Assembly: GCA_002269645.1 (NCBI GenBank) | Contig: NIVC01004638.1 | Location: forward strand, 1-39,942 | Length of the DNA: 39,942 nt | Source of the DNA: Macrostomum lignano | Lineage: Eukaryota | Reading direction: 5' to 3' | Shown: positions 1 through 8,683 of the stretch, piece after piece | How the letters are laid out: each line of letters starts with the position of its first letter | Numbering within the stretch: the stretch's first letter is position 1 | The notes under the pieces: model-generated | Database searches by the model: none | What the model was told of the DNA's origin: nothing | What the model saw: only the letters and a program-made list of their open reading frames with translations | Program-made: the position numbers and the translations under genes

Positions 1-59
1 TTAACGATAAATAAATTGATGGAATACCTGCAATCGATGCGCTTTGTACGAGCCTGTAA

Positions 60-874
60 TTTGCAATTGGACTGGATATCAAACCCAACCACAGCCGTGA
101 TATTTTTCCAACTGGAAGTTTTGTTGGTAGCGCTACTTATATTGATTATCAAAATGGAGCTAGAATTACTGATGAAGCAAGTGGTCAGTCTGGAGCGTTG
201 CAATTTAATTTCACCCATTTTCGTAATATCTCCGCCTCCTTCTATTTCCGAGTTGCTAATGCTACAGGAAGTGGTGCTGATGCGGTTTGGTTTTATGCAT
301 ATTGTCACGAACGTCCAACAAGTGAATTTGGATCCGGGTTAACAACCCGCGCCGGCTGATTGTGTTTGCGAGTGAATGGCATGATAGAGTTGGGGTTGTT
401 TGGAGCAATATAAAATCAGACGGTGCAACAGCTCGTAATGATGTTCTTAATGACGCAGATCAAACTATAACCTATGCTAATATTGATAACGGCGATTGGC
501 ATCTTTTTGAAATTAATATTTTAAATCAAAGAGTTTGGTATCAAATAAGCACATACAATGTATCAGCTAATACATATACGCTAATTGGTCAAAACTTTTT
601 TACATATGATAGTGGAACTTGGGGAGATTTAGATAAAACGGGAACTCTTATGGGTTTTGGTGCTCGAACTGGAGGAGCAGATGCCGCACATTTTATTCGT
701 GGTGCAGCCGTTTGTGGTAGCACATCAGCAGGATATGATTTTGCTGCGACCGCATATTTGGAACGGCCACAAACCGAAATCGCCCTAAGGCTAAAGCCTA
801 AGTCGCGAACCAAAGGTTCGATCGTATCGAAGATACGCGTGCTATGCACGATTACCTTAAATATTTCTATATAA
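60..874 (+). pseudogene. L-type (legume-like/ConA-fold) lectin domain protein of the Polinton, frameshifted, 5' part incomplete
   Basis: Frame 3 (about 60-356) reads DIFPTGSFVGSATYIDYQNGARITDEASGQSGALQFNFTHFRNISASFYFRVANATGSGADAVWFYAY. A 1-nt frameshift near 355 joins it to ORF 362-874 (LIVFASEW...GDWHLFEI...LMGFGARTGGADAAHFIR). The motifs RxT..Q.G, GAD, WH and GF.A.TGG...H.I are typical of L-type lectins. Contains a 42-nt hairpin insertion at 782-823. Confidence 0.75.
782..823 (+). mobile_element. 42-nt GC-rich double-hairpin insertion (in frame) bounded by a duplicated ATC codon
   Basis: GAA ATC [GCCCTAAGGCTAAAGCCTAAGTCGCGAACCAAAGGTTCGATC] GTA. Shares CGCGAACCAAAGGTTCGAT with the insertion in polB. 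Confidence 0.7.
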
Positions 875-875
875 A

Positions 876-1172
876 ATGGCTTTTAGTAGAACTCCATCGA
901 TGCGGCAAAATAATGTTATTATTCCTATTCCTAAACAAGAATCAAATATAAAAACATTCAAATCTCATACCAAATTTTTATTTAGTACTGTAAATGTTCA
1001 GGATAATAAGAAGCTTCAAGAATTAATTAAGTTATTAAAAAATCATATTATACTTCAAGAGTTTTGGAAAATAGGATTTAAATGGGAGAAAAAAGAAAGA
1101 ATAACCAATACAATACCTATTAAGCTCGGGCAAATCCCAAAGAGCGTGGGGAATTCATTTTGGTGCTATTAA
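876..1172 (+). CDS. Polinton hypothetical protein (98 aa)
   Basis: ORF starts immediately after the upstream stop (TATATAAAATG). No recognisable domain. Confidence 0.5.
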   Translation: MAFSRTPSMRQNNVIIPIPKQESNIKTFKSHTKFLFSTVNVQDNKKLQELIKLLKNHIILQEFWKIGFKWEKKERITNTIPIKLGQIPKSVGNSFWCY

Positions 1173-1184
1173 AAATAGACGAGA

Positions 1185-1811
1185 ATGTCGGTATCTGAAG
1201 CAGATAAATGGGAACGCGACCGGTTCAACCAACGTAAAGGTCAGATGTAATGATTTGATATAAATGATTATGATTTATATGCTAAAAAAGTAAGAAGAGT
1301 TTCAAACCATATAAGAAATATGGATTTTTTCAATATTGGATTTGGAAGCTTATCAATGTTATGTGTAATCGTTTTAGGTATTTTACAATCTATTCCAACT
1401 CTTAATTTATCTCAATTATTTTTAGGTATTTCAATTGGCTCAATATCAGGTTTTGAATTGATCAGAACTTATCAATACTTTTAGCAATTAAATTATATCT
1501 TAAAAAAGAAAGGAAAAATATAAATCTTTAAGAGATGTTGCAAGCAATATAAAAATCAATTATATTTATATGTGCAAAAAATATTGGATGACGGAGAGAT
1601 AACGATTCATGAATTATCAACCGCGGTTGAATTATATGAAAAATATTTAAAAGATAGAAATAGAATTTTAGATGTTGAAACTTTTACCGATATGGAATTA
1701 AAAGAGTTGAGACTCGATAAACCCAAAGCTCCACCTATAGAAACATTAGGCATTTACGAACCTGAAACTATTGCTACTGGGGCACAAAGCCGCGGTCAGG
1801 AAGTGCTGTAG
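1185..1811 (+). pseudogene. Decayed Polinton small membrane protein (two hydrophobic helices plus a KILDDGEIT..E motif; resembles the conserved adintovirus membrane protein)
   Basis: Reads MSVSEADKWERDRFNQRKGQM**FDINDYDLYAKKVRRVSNHIRNMDFFNIGFGSLSMLCVIVLGILQSIPTLNLSQLFLGISIGSISGFEL, then frameshifts in A-runs into ...VQKILDDGEITIHELSTAVELYEKY. Family assignment is from recall, not a search. Confidence 0.5.
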
Positions 1812-1814
1812 AAC

Positions 1815-2273
1815 TTAATGTTGTTTAATTTTTAATGCATATGTTATATATTCTTCCCAAAGTGGTAACTCTCTTCTGATCCTAGGTTTAAATTTTTTAT
1901 CAATACATAAAAATTCCAATGACTTTTTCAATAACATTTCGTTAGGTATGTTACCTATCCTTATAAACTTTGTATTCTCTCGAATAAGAAAATTGAAATA
2001 ATATCCAACTAAAATTAAAATCCTTTCAGAGTCTTTCGAACTTAATCCCTTTCCTTTATTTAAATGGAAAAAGTTATTATATAAATAAACATTATTTCCG
2101 GGAATTAAAATTGGATCAGAAATGTCTCTTGTAAGATTTCTTAAAATTGTGTTTTTAAAATAGTAATATGAGTTTTCAATCTTTTTTGTTTTTTCAAATT
2201 GATATATTTTAGAACATGAATAACACATATGATATATATCTCCGTTTGCTGTTTGCCCTCTGTGCATAGTCAC
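1815..2273 (-). CDS. Polinton hypothetical protein (152 aa)
   Basis: Intact ORF in an AT-rich region. CxxC near the N-terminus. No family recognised. Confidence 0.55.
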   Translation of the reverse strand: MTMHRGQTANGDIYHMCYSCSKIYQFEKTKKIENSYYYFKNTILRNLTRDISDPILIPGNNVYLYNNFFHLNKGKGLSSKDSERILILVGYYFNFLIRENTKFIRIGNIPNEMLLKKSLEFLCIDKKFKPRIRRELPLWEEYITYALKIKQH

Positions 2274-2329
2274 ATTACATTTATTACATTCAAATGTCTT
2301 TCATTTTTTTTTATTTTTTTAGATTAAAA

Positions 2330-2662
2330 ATGGAGAGCTGGTTCAAAACCGATTCTAATGTGATTAATTATCTCACACCCAATATGTTGGAGAATAAAGA
2401 ATATAATATTATATGTTTGAGACAGGTTAAATTTATTGGGCTTCAATCAATATTTTTACAATTAGATGGGCAAAAAATTTTATGTCTAAGCGGAGATGAT
2501 GTTAAAAATTTTCCTGTTTTAGTTATTAATAAACCTAAAGCGTTTGTTATGAAATACAGCAACGAGGGTGGATTGCAATTTAAACTAAAACAAACAAATA
2601 ATAAAAAGAGTGATAGGACTGTAAAATTGGCTTCGGTTTGGGAGGATGACGACGAAGACTAA
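2330..2662 (+). CDS. Polinton hypothetical protein (about 110 aa) with acidic C-terminal tail
   Basis: ORF 2294-2662, likely start at 2330 (TAAAAATGG). Ends WEDDDED. Confidence 0.6.
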   Translation: MESWFKTDSNVINYLTPNMLENKEYNIICLRQVKFIGLQSIFLQLDGQKILCLSGDDVKNFPVLVINKPKAFVMKYSNEGGLQFKLKQTNNKKSDRTVKLASVWEDDDED

Positions 2663-2677
2663 ATTTTTTATAAGAAA

Positions 2678-3037
2678 ATGGATACGATAAAAATCCTTAT
2701 CACTAAAGAGCGTGAACTTAATGATATTAATAAAAAAATAAATATAATTATATCTCAGAAATATCATGAGTATGGGGACGATATGTTTCCCATCCGATAT
2801 GAGATAGATAAAAGAAAACGTTTTTTAAGACAAGATATTGTTTATGCTGAAATAGTAATTGAAATTGAAATAGATAGATTGGTTAGAAAAATAAAAAAAC
2901 TTAGGAAAAAAATAAAGGATTGTTTAAGTTACCCTGCCGACTGTGAGGATAATTGGTGCTCAATAATATATGAAATTGAAGTTAATGATTTGCTCAAACA
3001 ATTACATGCTTTAGTTTTTTACAGACCCGATAAGTAA
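2678..3037 (+). CDS. Polinton hypothetical helical/coiled-coil protein (119 aa)
   Basis: Intact ORF, K/I/E-rich, converging on and overlapping the 3' end of polB. Confidence 0.55.
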   Translation: MDTIKILITKERELNDINKKINIIISQKYHEYGDDMFPIRYEIDKRKRFLRQDIVYAEIVIEIEIDRLVRKIKKLRKKIKDCLSYPADCEDNWCSIIYEIEVNDLLKQLHALVFYRPDK

Positions 3038-6000
3038 TTTTTCTGTTAATCTCTTCCAGTTATTCAAGACTTTTTCCTTATTTAATTTTTTAAGTTCTTT
3101 TGGAAATGTTGAATAATAATTATCTATATCTTTTTCATATTCTAGAAATGTATTATATTCACAATCACATTCGGATTCACAATCACAATCGTAATAATAA
3201 TTATTTATTGCCGCTTTGTATTCATTATATTTACTTATTATATCTTCTTTTTGTTTTTTATCTTTTATCATATTTTTTATCTCTTCTTTTAAACCATATG
3301 GATATGTTTTAATTTTATCATCTAAATATCTTTTATCATCAAATGGACTTAATGTTTTTTTATCTGTCTCGATGACAAACATCTGATGCTTATCTGAATT
3401 TAATCGATATTGTGGAGCATGATAATTTTCAATTGTATTAAGGTAATCTAAAAGTACGTTTTTATAATCATCAAATGTTATCTTTTTTACTGCTGCTCTT
3501 GATACCCCTTTTATTTTTTTTACCTCTCCCTCCTGTCCTAAAACTTTAAATGCATAGCATTTTGATCTTATTGCTATAAACTCGGTTATGATTTTGCTAT
3601 TTAATTCATCTTTCATTTTAAGTACAACTTTTTTATTTTGATCTGATTTTAAAGGATGGTTATCCGGATAGTCGGAGGTATCCAGTGTATCCTTAATTTT
3701 TTCCATATCTTTATAGACATCGAACCTTTGGTTCGCGGGCTTTGCCGATCCTCTGTTTCAACCTTAAATACCAAACTGTCGGTGTCTGCATATATTGGAT
3801 AGTTATCTGGCCATGTTTTATTTATAACATCATAATAATATTCATACATTACCAGCTTTGCATAATCTAAAACAACCATTCCAATAAATATTGGTTTAAG
3901 AAATTTTGTTGTTTTATTTCTCATATGAATACCCATAAAGTTATCATCAAATTTTATAAAGTCTTTAAAGTTAGGTTTTGAGAAATATTTCTTTGCTTTA
4001 TCAATATCCTTTTCTAAATGGAATTGGGTTCTATCTCTAATATTTTCAACCGTTTTTCCATAAAAAGCATTATTCATTAATTTCCAATAATCTTTCTCAA
4101 AATTTGTTTTTGACATCTGTCTCTGATTTGAATTAAAATCAATATATTTAGCTAACCAATCTTCCTCAATAAACGATATTGTTCGATGTACTTTTGACAC
4201 TTTTAATCCCTGCTTTTCATAAAATTGTAGAAGCTTATAATGCACTACATAGTTTTTCTTATCATGTAAATTTAATATTAATTTTTTTGTTGCTAGATGT
4301 TTTGCATTATCTGCTTTAAGATAATCTTTTTGTGTTTGTGATAAATCATCTTCATTAACTGAACAATGCTCTGGAGCTAAAGGATATTTATATGTTTTTG
4401 CTTTTGCTTCCCGAGTATATTGCAAATCCACTTCTACGATACAGCCCCTTCCTTCGGGAATATTTTTGTAATAATCGGGGTCATCTTCCCATTGGAAATC
4501 AGCTATTGGTAATTTTTGTTTCATACAACCACCGTATAAATTGTTTGCATCTAGATATAATACATATGATGATTTTTCTTTTTTATTATAATTTGGTAGA
4601 TATTTATTATTTACTTTAGTATATCTATCTCCTAGTACACCCGAGAATCCACGCGAATTCCTCTCTCAATCATTAACAACATATCATGATCAGTTAGTAA
4701 ATCAATCTCAACATCTGTATGTTTCAAACCACAAGCCCATGTTAATCCCGGTGCACTGAAACAATATGCGGGATCAATTTTAAAATTCTCATATGTATGA
4801 TTCCTAAAGTTTTCAAATGCATCAGCTAATAGGAGAACATCTGCTTTAAGATATAGATTATGATAATCTTTAAATGTTTTACAATTAAAGTATTTCCATA
4901 CTTTTTGAGCGTGTTCATAATCCGATTCACTTATGTTTGTTTGTGATAATGTGGAATAAAACTTTTCTATGGGCGGTAATTCGGTATGAAAAAATACGTC
5001 TTCAGATGTTACATATTCATATGGATAGATGCCCTTACGAGTTAATAGCATTAGTTCTTCCTCGGATAGTTTTTCTTTTTTGAAACGATTCAATAGTATT
5101 GGAAAGTTTTTCTTTACTATTTCTAAATCCCATGGTTTTGGAACTAATGATGAAACAACATTTGCTAAAGATGTTGATAAGAATCTCAAGGAATCTAGAA
5201 AAACTAGATGGGAGTATTTCTTACCATATGTTATTGATATGTAATTTTCTGATGTTTTAGGTAATATATTTATTTCATATTCATCCTTTCCTAAATGAAG
5301 CAATTCTCGAACTAAGAAATGAAAATCATATCCGGAACCATTATGAAAAAATACTGGTATTTCCTTACATCCTTTTCCTTCTTTTGCATTACATGATCTA
5401 CATGCTGCCCCTCGATAATTTCCTGTTAGATGACAATGTTCTCGTATCTTATTTTTCTTACTTAAATATCTTTTGCACATAAAACAATTTGTTGCATTTT
5501 TATAATTGTCTCTATCCTTATTTGTCATATTAATATTTTTTGATAATTTATCATATTGATTTTGAATATATTCAAATACATTTACTAATGATTCTGCCAT
5601 GTGCTTAGCTGCATCATTACCGTGGTAAGTAATCATCCTTGATTTAAATATATGATCAGCTACGGAGTGTACATATATACAATAACTATTCGGAAACTGT
5701 TGTGCCAATTTTTTTGTGCATTCCCCATCATCAGATACCGTCTGTGATTCTTTTAAGGGAACATTTGTTGCTTCAAAATCAGCATATATTACTATTGGTT
5801 TTTTAACTGCCATATAATGTTGTTGGAACTTTAGGGTTGCATCTTCAGATGCTGGCATTATAGCATTAGTAAATTTGTGATCTAAACAAAATCGTTGGTG
5901 GTTTTTAAGAGCTGTTTCATCCTTTTTAAATGTAAAACAATTTCTACATAGTGGATATCTATTTCTATTTTCTCTTAAAAAAGAACTAATATCTTTTATG

Positions 6001-6974
6001 TATATATAATGTGTTTCATTTTCGCGCTGCATGTACAAAAGATCGATTTGATCTGGTGCTGTTATATCAGTTGCTGGCTTAACAAGATAACACCTTTTCT
6101 TATACCATTCTGGATCGGTTAAAATTTCTTCTAGATCTTTTGGTTCTTCAATTGTAAACACATTAATATTTAAACCATTCATTTTTTCAATCTTATATAT
6201 ATCATCTATTGCTACTGGGTATGATATGTTTTTCATTATTATTTCATCCTCATATTGTCTATAATTATATATTTTATTAATGTGTGATTCTACTTGATTG
6301 TGATATTTATGAATTAATAAACACCATAATAAACATTTATTATCTTTATTGTCTGGATTTATAATCATAGGTGATTTAAATTTGAGCTTCATATGTGATC
6401 GTCCTTTAAGAATTTCTATGGGTGCAATCTTTACTGTTGCTGAATTGCATGAAACAAATATAAACCCAGATCCGTTTTCTGTCATCTTATCTATCCATTC
6501 ATCAAACTCAGCTTCTATTTGATCGAATTGATTGTTGTAATTTCCCAGTGATAATAATGTTTTATATGATTCTTGTGAAAAGTTATTTATTACTTCAATT
6601 TCTGAATTTGCATTAAGAATATTTGGTTTTTTAAATTCTGTTTCAACTTCTATTTTATACTTAATTGGCTGTCGTTTGTTATTTGACCTTATAGTATAAT
6701 TGTTTAACACGGTCTTTAATTTATCTTTCATTTGTTTAAAATATTCTTTATAATTTGTATTTATATCTATATCTATATATATTACTTCAGCTCCATTTTG
6801 TCCTTGTGGTTGGGGGTTATTAATATCATTTAATTGTCTTTCTAAACGTATCTCATTTTCTGCCCTAATTCTTGCTTCTATTTCAGCCCTATCGGCAATT
6901 CGTTGTGCATCGATTTGAGCTATTAATTGTGCTCTAAGTTCAGGGTTGTCGATTTGAGCTAAAATTGCTTCCAT
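3011..6974 (-). pseudogene. polB: Protein-primed family B DNA polymerase (pPolB), about 1311 aa when repaired; split into three ORFs by a 1-nt deletion (about 4652) and a 29-nt insertion (3719-3747)
   Basis: ExoI IYADFEA, ExoII FFHNGSGYDFHFL, ExoIII YLKADVLLLAD, endonuclease-VII-like Zn module CFMC...REHCHLTGNYRGAACRSCN. Polymerase motifs YLDANNLYG, KLMNNAFYGKT, YADTDS and C-terminal LSPFDDKRY. Restoring one G gives ERGIRGGFSGV; removing 29 nt gives VETEDVYKDME. Confidence 0.96.
3719..3747 (-). mobile_element. 29-nt GC-rich double-hairpin insertion in polB bounded by a duplicated GAT codon
   Basis: Minus strand GAG GAT [CGGCAAAGCCCGCGAACCAAAGGTTCGAT] GTC TAT AAA. Its removal restores the reading frame and a canonical-looking ETEDVYKDM segment. 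Confidence 0.85.
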
Positions 6975-7058
6975 TTTATAGAATAAAATTTATATAATGT
7001 TTGAATTATTGATTTTTTAATTTTGTGTTTTTGGTGTCCAGACCCTCCCCCCAGGAGC

Positions 7059-8053
7059 CTATTCGAGATCTGCTTTTGGTAATAGCAATCCATTGCCCAT
7101 AACGTTTGAATTTAAGAAAATTCCTGAACCTGCTTTTGGTCTCATTTCGAGATATAATCCGCTTCCGTCGTGTTTTTCAATGATATTAAAATCTTTTCCT
7201 AATTTATTAAAAATTTTCTGAACAGCTGGTCTAAAATTGGATCCAATATTGTCAAAAAATCCTTTAGCTTTCTCGCCCGTTTTTTCTAAAGTTTGACCAA
7301 ATTCGTGTAGTTTATCTGCGACAACTCCACTTCCTTGGGTTGTTCCTTGTAAAAGTAAACCATTGCCATGATTTGATCCTTTTAGTATTAACCCTTTTCC
7401 AGCTGATAACCTAGCTTCTGCATTTCTTTTTTGCTCAGCTGTTGCTGAACTACTATTAATTGTATCGATAAGTTTTTGTTTAAATTGTGCGTCCTGCGTT
7501 ATTTGCTGTCTTTGAAATTCGGCCTCTCTTTTAGCTTTTTCGTCCGCAGCTTTTTTGTCATTTACTGCTTTTGCAATTCCAGCTGCTCCGCCAGCAACTC
7601 CTCCAGCTGCTCCAATTCCTGCAAAAATTATTGGGAGCAAAGCTGCAAGGGGCAAGATTCCCCCTGTTTCGCTCTTAACTCTCCTAGCTGTTTTACATTA
7701 TCATGAATTCTTTTTCCGGCTAAACCGACTGCTCCAGCTGCGCCAAGCCCTAAAAGAAGCGGTAGAATGGGTAGTAATCCGCCGTCCTTTTTAGTGTGAG
7801 TCTCCATTAAAAATTTCACATCGGAGTCTGTCAACCTATAATTTCTGCCGCGATTCTTAAAGGATATTGGCCTTCCTTCTTGTGCATATTTTGCTGCGAG
7901 TTTAAATGTATCGATGTCGTAGTCAAACTTTTTACCTAATCGATCCAATCTTTTTAACATTGTGTGGGTTTGCTTATTATCATCAAGATCTAAAGTATCT
8001 ACAATTTCTCCTATAAAATATAACCGGTTTTCATCATCATTAACTGAGCCCAT
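7059..8053 (-). pseudogene. Polinton virion-core/membrane-lytic-like protein with GG-(I/L)LP and repeated GxGL motifs; ORFs 7628-8053 and 7059-7655 joined by a 1-nt loss in a G run (7660-7664)
   Basis: KKDGGLLPILPLLLGLGAAGA and (repaired) KQGGILPLAALLPIIFAGIGAAGG resemble adenovirus pX/mu-type GG-ILP amphipathic segments. Repeats GKGL, GNGL, GSGV, GSGL, GSGI, GNGL. Confidence 0.7.
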
Positions 8054-8063
8054 TTTTATATTG

Positions 8064-8462
8064 TTAAAATTTCTTTAATCCTTTTCCACCTTTAATAGTA
8101 TTTAACATTTTATTAAAATCCTGAATATCTTTATTACTTATTGGTGCGCTTTTCGTGGGGGTTTCTGTTGGTTGTGCGGCTTGTGCCAGCTTTAAATCTT
8201 TTATTGCATTTATTTGTGAGAGGGTGTCGTTAAAATCTCTCAATTTCTTTAGTTCTTCTGCCGCTCTAGCTGCTTCAATTCCTCCTTTTACAGCATTTGT
8301 TATAGAGCCTGCTGCAGAGCCAGCTTGCCCTATAAGCCCCATATTGTCTTTAACAAAATTTGCTGCTGTTCCAACCACATCAAAAAGCCCCTCACCTCGG
8401 TATTCAACTGGGTCTCCTACCTGCAATTCATTCAGATTTTGCATATGTGTAACGTGTGTCAT
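8064..8462 (-). CDS. Polinton GxGL-motif core-like protein (132 aa)
   Basis: Intact ORF with RGEGLF, an amphipathic GQAGSAAGSITNAVKGG segment and a C-terminal KGGKGL. Confidence 0.65.
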   Translation of the reverse strand: MTHVTHMQNLNELQVGDPVEYRGEGLFDVVGTAANFVKDNMGLIGQAGSAAGSITNAVKGGIEAARAAEELKKLRDFNDTLSQINAIKDLKLAQAAQPTETPTKSAPISNKDIQDFNKMLNTIKGGKGLKKF

Positions 8463-8500
8463 TTTTTGTTCTATTTTTAGTAACAGAAAAAGATTGTCTG

Positions 8501-8598
8501 CATTCCATTTAGACCAGATTTTAGACCAAATTTTTGAAAACGAAAACCAAAACGATAGTCTAGTTTTGTTTGGTCTAAAATCTGGTCTAAATGGAATG
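8501..8598. repeat. Perfect 30-bp inverted repeat (8501-8530 / 8569-8598) with 38-bp spacer, subterminal in the Polinton
   Basis: CATTCCATTTAGACCAGATTTTAGACCAAA is the exact reverse complement of TTTGGTCTAAAATCTGGTCTAAATGGAATG. Confidence 0.95.
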
Positions 8599-8683
8599 TT
8601 GGGTGGGTAGGTGAGCTGACTATAAATAGCTTCTATTCTTTCCGACCCTTCGCGCCTGCGGCGCGGGCAAGGGGTTATAGAGT

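Noticed and set aside
16-342. ORF 16-342 (+1 frame)
   Set aside because: Shadow frame. The lectin-like motifs are in frame +3 over the same bases.
3719-3747. The 29-nt and 42-nt insertions as spliceosomal micro-introns
   Set aside because: No GT-AG, GC-AG or AT-AC boundary placement restores the frame.
4640-4660. First polB frameshift as another insertion element or programmed frameshift
   Set aside because: Fully explained by loss of one G (CGCGGTGGA to CGCGTGGA), with no slippery site or hairpin.
340-7664. Polinton frameshifts as pure sequencing error
   Set aside because: Not excluded for homopolymer sites, but neighbouring host CDSs (about 2.6 kb CFAP58 and 1.3 kb UBE2Q) have no indels and in-frame stops also occur, so real decay is more likely.
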